From: Flavobacterium sp.
Lineage (GTDB): Bacteria > Bacteroidota > Bacteroidia > Flavobacteriales > Flavobacteriaceae
Length of the DNA stretch: 64,000 bases
Assembly (NCBI GenBank): GCA_035286325.1
Contig: DATHKH010000046.1
Coordinates: forward strand, 5,537-69,536
Direction of reading: 5' to 3'
Shown here: piece after piece, positions 11,603 through 21,547 of the stretch
Position numbering within the stretch: the first letter of the stretch is position 1
Layout: each line of letters begins with the position of its first letter
Notes under the pieces: model-generated
Told to the model about the DNA's origin: nothing
The model's input: the letters and a program-made list of their open reading frames with translations, nothing else
The model's database searches: none
Made by a program: the position numbers and the translations under genes

Positions 11603-13255
11603 ATGATCACTTCGCTGTCCATTGAAAATTTCGCGCTGATAGAAAAGCTGTCCATTCCTTTTTCGGACGGATTTTCGATCATTACTGGTGAAACCGGTGC
11701 GGGAAAATCCATATTATTGGGCGCATTGGGATTGGCGCTGGGAAAAAGGGCTGACCTGACTTCACTCAAAAACAAAGAAGAAAAATGCATCATTGAAGCG
11801 CATTTCCAAATTACAGGCTATGGTTTGCAGTCTTTTTTTGAAGCCAATGATTTGGATTATGAGGATGAAACCATCATCCGGCGTGAAATATTGCCTTCGG
11901 GAAAATCGCGCGCTTTCATCAATGACAGCCCGGTAAATTTACAAGAACTTCAGGAACTCGGCGATTATCTCATCGATATCCATTCACAGCACGAAACCCG
12001 GGAATTGTCGGAAGCATATTTTCAATTCCGCATCATCGATTCCATTGCCCGAAATAGTGATTTGCTGAATGACTACGCCACTTCGCTCAAATTATACAGA
12101 CTATCAAAATCAACATTGGACGATTTGAATGCCAAATTGCGTGATGCCGTAAAAGAGCAGGATTACAATTCATTTTTGTTGGAAGAACTGCTTTCAGCCC
12201 AATTGAAACCGGGTGAACAGGAAGAAATGGAAGCACTGTTTTCAAAACTCAACAATGTCGAATTCATAAAAGAAAACCTCGATAAATCGCTTTCGCTTGC
12301 CAATGATGAACGGTTCGGGATTGTCCAAAACCTGAAGGAATTTAAGGCATCGCTGCAAAAGATAGCGGCGTTGTCTGAAGATTATAGCGGGCTTTATGAA
12401 AGGGCAAATTCTACGCTGATTGAATTTGACGACATTACAAAAGAGCTTGAAGATCTTGCTGAGCATTTAGCCGGCGATCCGCAGCAATTGGAATTGGTGA
12501 ACCAAAAATTGCAGGCGATTTACAACCTCCAGAAAAAACACCAGGTGTCAACTGTGGAAGAATTGCTCGCCATACAAAATGACCTCGACGAAAAAATAAT
12601 TTCTGTTTCCGCGTTGGAAAGTGACATCAAAAAAGTCGAAAACAACATCTTGCAGGCAGAAACCGAATTGGATGCGCTTGCAGACACAATCCATGACAAC
12701 CGGAAAAATGCGATTCCGGTTCTATCCCAAAAGCTTGCCGCAATCCTCGAACAGCTTGGCATGCCGAATGTGCGTTTCAATATTGAAATGAATGTGGTTC
12801 CGCAATATTTTGCAAACGGGAAAGATGAGCTGCAGTTTTTGTTTTCCGCCAATAAAGGTTCCGATTTCGGGCTGCTGAAAAAAGTCGCTTCCGGTGGGGA
12901 AATGTCGCGGATTATGCTCGCAGTAAAATCAATCCTGGCACAATATTCTAAATTGCCAACGATTATTTTTGACGAAATCGACACCGGCGTTTCAGGGGAA
13001 ATTGCCAATAAAATGGGTGACATCATGAAAGAAATGAGTGCGGCCATGCAGGTTTTTGCGATTACGCATTTGCCGCAGATTGCTGCAAAAGGAAACCATC
13101 ATTTTAAAGTATTCAAATCGGTGTCAAACAACCAGACCCAGTCAGAACTCAAACTGCTGACACCCGATGAGCGCATTGTAGAAATAGCACAAATGTTATC
13201 CGGTTCGACAGTTTCGGATTCGGCGATAAATCACGCCAAAGCTTTGCTGAACTAA
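11603..13255 (+). CDS. recN: DNA repair protein RecN
   Basis: TGETGAGKS Walker A, SGGEMSR signature, FDEIDTG, ITHLPQ. Confidence 0.97.
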   Translation: MITSLSIENFALIEKLSIPFSDGFSIITGETGAGKSILLGALGLALGKRADLTSLKNKEEKCIIEAHFQITGYGLQSFFEANDLDYEDETIIRREILPSGKSRAFINDSPVNLQELQELGDYLIDIHSQHETRELSEAYFQFRIIDSIARNSDLLNDYATSLKLYRLSKSTLDDLNAKLRDAVKEQDYNSFLLEELLSAQLKPGEQEEMEALFSKLNNVEFIKENLDKSLSLANDERFGIVQNLKEFKASLQKIAALSEDYSGLYERANSTLIEFDDITKELEDLAEHLAGDPQQLELVNQKLQAIYNLQKKHQVSTVEELLAIQNDLDEKIISVSALESDIKKVENNILQAETELDALADTIHDNRKNAIPVLSQKLAAILEQLGMPNVRFNIEMNVVPQYFANGKDELQFLFSANKGSDFGLLKKVASGGEMSRIMLAVKSILAQYSKLPTIIFDEIDTGVSGEIANKMGDIMKEMSAAMQVFAITHLPQIAAKGNHHFKVFKSVSNNQTQSELKLLTPDERIVEIAQMLSGSTVSDSAINHAKALLN

Positions 13256-13326
13256 AAAAGCGGGTTATATTTGTCTGTAACAAACAACCATTTTCAATTT
13301 TTCATACCAACATTAACCCGAAATTT

Positions 13327-14517
13327 ATGATTATAGAACCAAGAATGAGAGGATTTATTTGCCTGACTTCGCATCCTGAAGGCGCAGTGCAAAATGTTAA
13401 AAACCAGATTGCCTACGTCAAATCGAAGGGAAAAATTGACGGCGCGAAAAAAGTACTCGTCATTGGGGCTTCGACAGGGTTCGGGATGGCTTCAAGGATT
13501 GCCAGCGCCTTTGGTTCGGACGCTGCAACGATAGGTGTATTTTTTGAAAAACCGCCAACAGAAGGCAAAACGGCATCGCCTGGCTGGTATAATTCCGCCG
13601 CCTTTGAAACAGAAGCCCATAAAGCCGGTCTGTATGCGAAAAGCATCAATGGTGACGCGTTTTCCAACGAGATAAAAAAAGAGACATTAGACATGATCAA
13701 GGCCGATTTGGGCAAAGTGGATTTGGTGATTTACAGTTTGGCATCGCCAGTGCGCACCAATCCAAATACAGGTGTGACGCACCGTTCAGTATTGAAACCG
13801 ATCGGTGGTACGTTTACCAATAAAACTGTTGATTTCCATTCCGGAAAAGTTTCCGAAATTTCCATAGAGCCGGCAAAAGAAGACGATATTGAAAACACTG
13901 TTGCTGTCATGGGCGGTGAAGATTGGGCCATGTGGATGGACGAATTGAAGAAAGCGAATCTTTTGGCGCCAGGTGCGATAACGGTTGCTTATTCTTATAT
14001 TGGGCCATCGTTGACGGAAGCCGTTTACAGGAAGGGCACAATCGGACGGGCGAAAGACCATTTGGAAGCCACTGCCTTTACGATTACAGACAGTTTAAAA
14101 AGCATCGGTGGAAAAGCATATGTTTCTGTCAATAAAGCATTGGTGACTCAAGCCAGTTCAGCGATTCCGGTAATTCCGCTGTACATTTCACTGTTGTACA
14201 AAATAATGAAAGCAGCCGGAACCCATGAAGGGACGATTGAGCAGATCCAACGATTGTATCAGCAAAGATTGTATACGGGCGGACCGGTTCCAACCGATGA
14301 AAAAGGCCGCATCAGGATTGACGATTGGGAAATGGATGATAAAATCCAGGCGGAAGTCGCAAAGTTATGGACACTGGCAACCACTGAAAATTTACCTGAA
14401 ATTGGTGATTTGGAAGGCTATCGAAAAGATTTTTATAATCTTTTTGGTTTTGAATTCCCGGGTGTTGATTACAATGCCGACGTGAATGAAATGGTCGCAA
14501 TTGACAGCTTAAAATAA
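13327..14517 (+). CDS. fabV: Enoyl-ACP / trans-2-enoyl-CoA reductase FabV
   Basis: GASTGFG, SINGDAFS, YSLASP, VMGGEDW, YSYIGP motifs; TATATTTG box at 13266-13273. Confidence 0.95.
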   Translation: MIIEPRMRGFICLTSHPEGAVQNVKNQIAYVKSKGKIDGAKKVLVIGASTGFGMASRIASAFGSDAATIGVFFEKPPTEGKTASPGWYNSAAFETEAHKAGLYAKSINGDAFSNEIKKETLDMIKADLGKVDLVIYSLASPVRTNPNTGVTHRSVLKPIGGTFTNKTVDFHSGKVSEISIEPAKEDDIENTVAVMGGEDWAMWMDELKKANLLAPGAITVAYSYIGPSLTEAVYRKGTIGRAKDHLEATAFTITDSLKSIGGKAYVSVNKALVTQASSAIPVIPLYISLLYKIMKAAGTHEGTIEQIQRLYQQRLYTGGPVPTDEKGRIRIDDWEMDDKIQAEVAKLWTLATTENLPEIGDLEGYRKDFYNLFGFEFPGVDYNADVNEMVAIDSLK

Positions 14518-14610
14518 ATGAAGCATGGTCAATAATGGATCATTAAACCGCTTAATAATTTAGTGTAAATCAGCTGGTTATAAAAGTATTAATTTTTAAT
14601 TTTATCAATT

Positions 14611-14644
14611 AAAAGCTCACGAAAGTATTTGTGAGTTTTTTTTT
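14611..14644 (+). terminator. Intrinsic terminator after fabV
   Basis: AAAAGCTCACGAA/TTTGTGAGTTTT stem followed by a T run. Confidence 0.6.
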
Positions 14645-14688
14645 ATGTTTATCTTTATAAAATAATTAACTTAAAACCTTCACACCTT

Positions 14689-17316
14689 ATGAAAAAAATT
14701 ACTATGTTTTTTGCGTTCTTTTTAGCTTTTATGGCTACTGGGTATGCGCAATTCCCGGCACCGTATTGCCCTGTAGCTTTTAGCAATGGAACGGAGCCAA
14801 TTACGCTCGTCAATTTTGCCGGGATCAATAATGCTTCCCCGGCGCCAATCTCGGCGCCCGCAGCCGGAAATGCCCATGAAGATTTTACTGCCGTTACAGG
14901 CGCAGTAACCGCCGGTTCGGCTTATCCAATTATTGTGAAGGGGAATACTGATGGCAATTGGACTACCTACATCAGGTTGTTTGCAGATTGGAATCATGAC
15001 AATGATTTTCTTGATGCCGGTGAGTCTTATGATCTTGGAACTGTTGTAAACTCTACAGGTCTTGATGCTGTTCAGCTGACTTCGAACGTTGCAGTTCCTG
15101 GTGACGCACTTGCGGGAAGTACAAGAATGCGGGTCGTGAAAAAATGGAATTCTTATTCTGATTCCTGTAATACGGTTGCAGGCACAAATTATGGACAGGC
15201 TGAAGATTATACGCTTACCGTAACAATTCCAGCTTGTACAGCCCCAACCGCAGGATTGTCTACGGTGACTTCAGGCACTACTGCCGATTTATCATGGACA
15301 TCGGCCGGAACGAATGCTGAAATCGTAGTACAATTGGCGACAGCAAGTGCACCAGCAGTCGCTGACGGAACAGGCGTGGACGTTGTAGGAAACACGTATC
15401 CGGCAAGTGGTTTAACTGCAAATACGCAATATGAGTTTTATGTAAGAAATGAATGTACGGCCGGAACAAGCTTCAGTGATTGGTCTGGGCCTTATGCATT
15501 TGTTACTACGATTGTGCCAGGTTGTGCTTCAAACCCAACACCTGCGGACGCAGCGGTGAACGTACCGGTAGGTGTTGTTCCTTTCGCATGGACAGCGCCA
15601 ACCACTGGCGATCCGGTTGATTCTTATGATTTATATTATGGATTGACGGCAGGAAATGCAAATATATTAGTTGGAAATTTTACAACTACAAGTGCTGATA
15701 TTACAATTACAGGCTACAGCACGACTTTTTACTGGAAAATTGTTCCTAAAAATGCTGGCGGCGCTGCAGTTGGTTGTGGTGAATGGAGCTTTAGTACTGT
15801 AGCAACGCCACCAGTTCCTGCAAATGATGCTTGTAGCGGAGCTATCGCAATTACTGGTTTTCCTTATACAAATTCACAAGATGCATTCTCGGCAACAAAC
15901 AATGCAGGTTTTATAACTTCTTGCGCAGCAGATGGTGGAATGAACGACGGTGTTTGGTATACCGTTGTAGGAAATGGATTTGATTTGACGGTAAGCGCTA
16001 CAAACGTTGTTGGATGGGATCCACAGATTGATGTCTACACAGGGTCATGTGGTACATTTACATGCGTAACTTATGCTGAATCAGGTGGAGCAAGTGGCAG
16101 TGAAACCGCAGTTATTGAAGATTCGGTCTTGGGAACTACTTATTATATCAATATTGGCCAATACTCAGCAACTACTGACAATCCTGAAGGGCCTTTTACA
16201 CTCAATGTGATTACCGGTACAAGCGATGCTCCGGATTACGTAGGGTTGCAATATCCTGCAACTGCGACATTTCTTGAAGGCGGATCAGTGGATGTATATG
16301 GTCAGGTATATGAAGCAGGGCTTACGGATCTGGTCCCACTTAATACACAAGCCCCGGGCATCGAATCCTGGATTGCTTTCAATGATACCAATACGGATCC
16401 TGGCACATGGGGTGATGATCAATGGGTAGTAGCAGATTACAATCCTGGTTATGTTGGAAACAATGATGAATACATGCTCAACATTGGTTCTGATTTGACA
16501 CCGGGCACATACTATTACTCAGTAAGATTCAGATTGAATAACGGAGTTTTCGTTTATGGTGGTACCAATGGTACTGATGGAAGTTTCTGGGACGGAACTA
16601 CTTATGTAAATGGTGTTATGACCATCAATGCAAATCCTGTCCCTGCAAATGATGATTGTGGCGCAGCCGCCGCTTTAACCCCGGGCGGAACTTTCGGCGA
16701 ACACGTTACAAATGGCACGAACTATTCGGCTACAGATTCTATTCAAGCCGATCCCACCAGTTGTTTGGGATATGCAGGTGGAGATGTCTGGTATAGCGTT
16801 GTTGTTCCTGCAAGCGGAAACCTTACAATTGAAACTGGAGATTCTACTCTTGGAGCGGTTGGATTTGATAGTGTTATAACGGTGTATTCAGGGGATTGTG
16901 CAACTCCTAATCAGGTAGGTTGCGATGATGATGGAGCTGCAACTGCCGCCTATTCAAAAGTGGTCCTAACAGGCCAAACTCCTGGCGCGACATTATTAAT
17001 CAGGGTTTATGAGTACAACAATGATGCAGGTGGAAATTTCGGAATTTCTGCGTATGACGCTTCATTAGGAACAAATTCATTCAACAATAACAACTTCGCA
17101 TATTATCCAAACCCTGTGAAAGATGTTTTGAATTTGTCTCATACAGCCAATATCTCTAAAGTTGCGGTATACAATTTATTAGGCCAGCAAGTCATTGCAA
17201 AATCTATAAATGCCACTCAAAGCCAAATCGACATGTCAAACCTGGCAAGAGGAACTTATATGGTAAAAGTAACTGCTGATAATAAGGTTCAAACAATAAA
17301 AGTAATTAAGGAATAA
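14689..17316 (+). CDS. T9SS type A sorting domain protein with GEVED, Fn3 and repeated PAND.C modules
   Basis: Signal peptide; TRMRV...YGQAEDY; Fn3 LTANTQYEFYVR; C-terminal YYPNPVKD...GTYMVKV...KVIKE. Confidence 0.9.
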   Translation: MKKITMFFAFFLAFMATGYAQFPAPYCPVAFSNGTEPITLVNFAGINNASPAPISAPAAGNAHEDFTAVTGAVTAGSAYPIIVKGNTDGNWTTYIRLFADWNHDNDFLDAGESYDLGTVVNSTGLDAVQLTSNVAVPGDALAGSTRMRVVKKWNSYSDSCNTVAGTNYGQAEDYTLTVTIPACTAPTAGLSTVTSGTTADLSWTSAGTNAEIVVQLATASAPAVADGTGVDVVGNTYPASGLTANTQYEFYVRNECTAGTSFSDWSGPYAFVTTIVPGCASNPTPADAAVNVPVGVVPFAWTAPTTGDPVDSYDLYYGLTAGNANILVGNFTTTSADITITGYSTTFYWKIVPKNAGGAAVGCGEWSFSTVATPPVPANDACSGAIAITGFPYTNSQDAFSATNNAGFITSCAADGGMNDGVWYTVVGNGFDLTVSATNVVGWDPQIDVYTGSCGTFTCVTYAESGGASGSETAVIEDSVLGTTYYINIGQYSATTDNPEGPFTLNVITGTSDAPDYVGLQYPATATFLEGGSVDVYGQVYEAGLTDLVPLNTQAPGIESWIAFNDTNTDPGTWGDDQWVVADYNPGYVGNNDEYMLNIGSDLTPGTYYYSVRFRLNNGVFVYGGTNGTDGSFWDGTTYVNGVMTINANPVPANDDCGAAAALTPGGTFGEHVTNGTNYSATDSIQADPTSCLGYAGGDVWYSVVVPASGNLTIETGDSTLGAVGFDSVITVYSGDCATPNQVGCDDDGAATAAYSKVVLTGQTPGATLLIRVYEYNNDAGGNFGISAYDASLGTNSFNNNNFAYYPNPVKDVLNLSHTANISKVAVYNLLGQQVIAKSINATQSQIDMSNLARGTYMVKVTADNKVQTIKVIKE

Positions 17317-17334
17317 TTGCTGATATTACATTTT

Positions 17335-17362
17335 AAAAAGCCACTTTCGAGTGGCTTTTTTT
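17335..17362 (+). terminator. Intrinsic terminator
   Basis: AAAAAGCCACT-TTCG-AGTGGCTTTTTT. Confidence 0.85.
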
Positions 17363-17416
17363 ATTTTCAGGCCTTCTTTTTATTACTTTTAGTAAAATTT
17401 ACTAAACCATTATCGC

Positions 17417-19807
17417 ATGAAAAAAATTACTTTATTTATTCTTTTTATACTTTTTGGCTTACAATCTCTTGCACAACCTGTTTCCGGATATGCTTTCGCC
17501 GAATCAACTGAAGTGTATACTGCAGTTGTCGGAACCAATTCAACTGCGCTCGGAGATGATGGGTCGCAGAATGATATCCCTATCGGATTCGCTTTTAATT
17601 ATGGCGGTGTCGGATACAATACTTTTAGCATCAGTACCAATGGCTTTATCAGGCTTGGCAACGGAATTGGTGGCAACAGTTATGCAAATGCAATGACAAA
17701 TGCCGCAGCACAGGCTCCGTTTATTGCTGCCTTTTGGGATGACCATAATAGAAATACCGGCGCAATCCAATACAATGTTTCGGGTCTCACGCCCAACAAA
17801 ACACTCGAAATTGGCTGGGACAACATTAATATTGGGAACGGCGGTTTTACAAGTCCTACAGGTTTTGGATCATTTAAAATGAGACTCCATGAAACTACTG
17901 GGCAAATCGAATTTATATATGGCAATACCATTGCTTCCGCGGGTGCGATTACCGCGTCAGTGGGATTGAATGACCTGACATCATTTCTAAGCGTTTCTCC
18001 GGGCGCTGTCACTACTGTTTCAAATGCTGCGGCAAATAATAATATTAGCAATACCGCCCCAATCTTGGGTAAAAAATATACTTTCATGCCGCAACCACAA
18101 TGTTCAGGAACGCCAAATCCCGGAAATACGGTTTCCACTCCCGCAACGGTTTGTTCCGGCCTCAGTTTTATGCTGTCGTTGCAGAATCAAGGGAACGGGT
18201 TTGGGCTGACTTATCAATGGCAATCGTCCACTAATGGGGTGAGCTACGCAGGTATTGCCGGTGCTACCGAAAGTACATTGCAAACCAATCAAACGGCGGC
18301 GACCTATTACCAATGCATCGTGACTTGCAGCGCATCGAGCGCGACAAGCCTTCCGGTTTTAGTAACCATGAATCCGGTGTCGGCGTGCTTCTGTTTTCCA
18401 AATTACGCCACTGGCAAGACTGATGGCGACCTGATTTCCAATGTTGTCATTGACGGCACTACGTTAGACAATAATACTGGCACAGATCCGGTGAATCCTT
18501 TTTATACTTATTTTACCGGACAGCCCAATTACACCGCGACATTACAGCCTGGCACTACTTATAACATTAGCGTGACAGTTGGCAGCTATGGACAGCAAAA
18601 TTCAGCAGTCTGGATTGATTATAATGATGACGGTGTTTTTAGTGAATCTGAAAAAGTCGGTTATTCCCCGGAAGCAATTGACTCTAACGGTACCGGAACT
18701 TATTCCATAACCTTGGGTTGCGATCCGTCGCCAGGAGTGCACAGGATGAGAATCCGCGATGTATGGAATACTGAAGGGTCGGCAATTGATCCATGTGCGA
18801 CCTATGGATATGGCGAAACGGAAGATTATGACATTACAATTGTAGCCGGCGATTCGTGCCAGAAACCCTATGCTTTGAACGTTGGCCAGGTAAATTCAAC
18901 AAGTGCAGAGTTGATTTGGAGCTCAGGCTGCGGATCGGTTTCATGGGATGTGCATGTCACCGTACAGGATGGTGGATTGTCGATTCCGCCCTCTAATCTG
19001 GATGTTTCAAGTCCGTTTGTAGTGACCAATCTGCAACCTTCCACTTATTACGAATTTTATGTAAGGGCAAATTGTGGTGCAAATGGCAGTAGTGTTTGGG
19101 CTGGTCCTTTCCAGTTTAAAAGCGGGCCAGTGTCTGTAGCCAATGATGAATGTGCTACGGCTTATACATTGACTCCGGGCGGCGTATTTGATGACAATCC
19201 GTTGACAGCGACAAATGAAGGAGCAACAAAATCCGTCGGGCCGCCGGATCCAACATGCTCGCCATTCGCTTTTGGCGGCGACGTATGGTTTAGTATTGTC
19301 GTCCCTGCAAGCGGAAATATTACCGTTGAGACAAAATATGCTGATGCTTCTCCTTTAGTGGATACGGTATTGACATTATTCACAGGCGATTGCAACAATC
19401 TCACTACTATGGCATGTAATGATGAAGGCGGAGATGGCGCTTTTTCATTGGCCGCATTGACAGGATTAACACCAGGTTCGACAATTTATGCAAGGGTTTG
19501 GGAATATGGGAACGATACGATTGGCGCATTCCGGGTTTCTGCATATGACACGTCATTGGGTACGGATTCATTCCACAACATCGATTTTACCTATTATCCA
19601 AATCCGGTGAAGAATATCCTGAATTTATCGTACTCCCAAGATATTTCAGAAGTAAAAGTATACAACCTTTTAGGGCAGCAGGTAAGTGCAAAACCGGTCA
19701 ATGCTACCCAAAACCAAATCGATATGAGCCATCTGCGACAAGGCACATATATGGTAAAAGTCACAATCGGCAATCAGGTGAAAACCATAAAAGTCCTCAA
19801 AGAATGA
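17417..19807 (+). CDS. T9SS type A sorting domain protein with GEVED and Fn3 domains (paralog)
   Basis: Signal peptide; HRMRIR...YGETEDY; LQPSTYYEFYVR; C-terminal YYPNPVKN...KVLKE. Confidence 0.9.
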   Translation: MKKITLFILFILFGLQSLAQPVSGYAFAESTEVYTAVVGTNSTALGDDGSQNDIPIGFAFNYGGVGYNTFSISTNGFIRLGNGIGGNSYANAMTNAAAQAPFIAAFWDDHNRNTGAIQYNVSGLTPNKTLEIGWDNINIGNGGFTSPTGFGSFKMRLHETTGQIEFIYGNTIASAGAITASVGLNDLTSFLSVSPGAVTTVSNAAANNNISNTAPILGKKYTFMPQPQCSGTPNPGNTVSTPATVCSGLSFMLSLQNQGNGFGLTYQWQSSTNGVSYAGIAGATESTLQTNQTAATYYQCIVTCSASSATSLPVLVTMNPVSACFCFPNYATGKTDGDLISNVVIDGTTLDNNTGTDPVNPFYTYFTGQPNYTATLQPGTTYNISVTVGSYGQQNSAVWIDYNDDGVFSESEKVGYSPEAIDSNGTGTYSITLGCDPSPGVHRMRIRDVWNTEGSAIDPCATYGYGETEDYDITIVAGDSCQKPYALNVGQVNSTSAELIWSSGCGSVSWDVHVTVQDGGLSIPPSNLDVSSPFVVTNLQPSTYYEFYVRANCGANGSSVWAGPFQFKSGPVSVANDECATAYTLTPGGVFDDNPLTATNEGATKSVGPPDPTCSPFAFGGDVWFSIVVPASGNITVETKYADASPLVDTVLTLFTGDCNNLTTMACNDEGGDGAFSLAALTGLTPGSTIYARVWEYGNDTIGAFRVSAYDTSLGTDSFHNIDFTYYPNPVKNILNLSYSQDISEVKVYNLLGQQVSAKPVNATQNQIDMSHLRQGTYMVKVTIGNQVKTIKVLKE

Positions 19808-19829
19808 CAATTGGAATTTATTTCATTTC

Positions 19830-19856
19830 AAAAGCCGCCTTCTCGGGTGGCTTTTT
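19830..19856 (+). terminator. Intrinsic terminator
   Basis: AAAAGCCGCCT-TCTC-GGGTGGCTTTTT. Confidence 0.8.
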
Positions 19857-19896
19857 GTTTTTTATAAAAGATTATATTTGTTAAAATTTTCGAACA

Positions 19897-20904
19897 ATGT
19901 ATTTTTCGCTGATCATTCCGGTTTACAATCGTCCCGACGAAATAAGGGAACTGCTGCAAAGTTTGTCTGAAACCGATTTCAAATCCCCATTTGAAATCGT
20001 CATTATCGAAGACGGTTCGACCATCGATTGCGGCGATGTGGTTGGAAATTTCGGAGGCAAACTCGACATTTCCTATTATTCCAAAAAAAACTCCGGCCCG
20101 GGCGATTCGAGGAATTTTGGTATGGCAAGGGCCAAAGGCGATTATTTCCTCATATTTGATTCCGATTGCATCATCCCAAAACAATACCTGGAGGAAGTCT
20201 CGAATGCATTGGATCGCGATTACGTTGACTGTTTCGGCGGTCCGGACAAAGCGCTTGATTCATTTTCAAACATACAAAAAGCCATTAATTTCGCGATGAC
20301 TTCTTTTCTTACAACTGGCGGTATTCGGGGTGGTTCTGAAAAAATCGATAAGTTCCAGCCGCGCAGCTTTAACATGGGTTTGTCCAAAAAAGCATTTGAG
20401 GCGTCGGGCGGTTTTGGCAACATCCATCCGGGTGAAGATCCGGATCTTTCGATGCGATTGTGGAAACTGGGCTATGAAACCAAATTAGTCCCATCGGCTT
20501 ATGTATACCATAAAAGAAGGATTGATTGGGATAAATTTTCAAACCAGGTCACCAAATTCGGTAAAGCGCGCCCAATCCTCAACAGTTGGTTTCCGGAATA
20601 TGCGAAAATCACCTACTTTTTCCCCTCGGTTTTCATTCTGGGATTTTATCTGGCCTGGATCATGCTGGTTTTCGCACAGGACATTTTGCTGAAATTGTAT
20701 TTTGTGTATTTCTTTATCATCCTGATTGTATCGACTTTCCAAAACAAAAATATTAAAATCGGCTTTTTGTCGTTAATAGCTGTATGGCGACAATTCTTCG
20801 GCTACGGTAACGGATTTATTCTGTCGTTTTTCAAAATCAATATTTTACGCCTGAAACCACAGGAAGCTTTTCCTGAATTATTTTTCAAGCCATGGCAAAA
20901 ATAA
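19897..20904 (+). CDS. Glycosyltransferase family 2
   Basis: SLIIPVYNR, EDGS, FDSD, GEDPDLS motifs; C-terminal TM helices. Confidence 0.9.
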   Translation: MYFSLIIPVYNRPDEIRELLQSLSETDFKSPFEIVIIEDGSTIDCGDVVGNFGGKLDISYYSKKNSGPGDSRNFGMARAKGDYFLIFDSDCIIPKQYLEEVSNALDRDYVDCFGGPDKALDSFSNIQKAINFAMTSFLTTGGIRGGSEKIDKFQPRSFNMGLSKKAFEASGGFGNIHPGEDPDLSMRLWKLGYETKLVPSAYVYHKRRIDWDKFSNQVTKFGKARPILNSWFPEYAKITYFFPSVFILGFYLAWIMLVFAQDILLKLYFVYFFIILIVSTFQNKNIKIGFLSLIAVWRQFFGYGNGFILSFFKINILRLKPQEAFPELFFKPWQK

Positions 20905-21476
20905 TCGGATTAACGGGCGGCATCGGTAGCGGAAAAACCACCGTAGCACATTATTTCCATGAATTGGGCGTTCCGGTTTATATCGCCGATTCAGAAGCAA
21001 AAAGAATTACAGATAGCCCTGAAATCAAAGCTGCCATCATTGAAGCTTTTGGGCAAACCATATTGGATGAAGGTCGAATAAACCGCGAAAAATTAGCGGC
21101 AATTGTCTTCAATAATCCAGAGAACCTGGCATTACTCAACGGCATCATCCATCCGGCAGTCAGGAAAGATTTCGCAAATTGGATCGAATTGCATAAAGGT
21201 GCGCCCATTGTAATCAAAGAAACCGCCATACTTTTTGAATCGGGCAGCGACTCAGACTGCGATGCCATCATTACCGTGACTGCGCCGATTGAAACCAGAA
21301 TCCAACGCGTCATGGAAAGGGATAAAACGACCCGCGAAAGTATTATAAAGCGCATCGAAAACCAATGGACTGACCAAATGCGTACATCAAAAAGCGATTA
21401 TGTCATTGACAATGTTGAAATTACAAAAACAAAGCAGCAAGTCAGGGAAATTCTTAAAAAACTGCATAATTTTTAA
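20892..21476 (+). CDS. coaE: Dephospho-CoA kinase
   Basis: IIGLTGGIGSGKT, IIHPAV, AILFE motifs. Confidence 0.96.
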   Translation: MAKIIGLTGGIGSGKTTVAHYFHELGVPVYIADSEAKRITDSPEIKAAIIEAFGQTILDEGRINREKLAAIVFNNPENLALLNGIIHPAVRKDFANWIELHKGAPIVIKETAILFESGSDSDCDAIITVTAPIETRIQRVMERDKTTRESIIKRIENQWTDQMRTSKSDYVIDNVEITKTKQQVREILKKLHNF

Positions 21477-21547
21477 AATCTGCTTTTGATGTTAATATTT
21501 GGTTAATGTATTTATAATCCAAATGTTAAAATGTTAATTTTGTAAAG

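Noticed and set aside
14518-14688. Riboswitch or attenuator upstream of the first T9SS gene
   Set aside because: The single hairpin with a T tail is adequately explained as the fabV terminator; no aptamer motif is recognisable.
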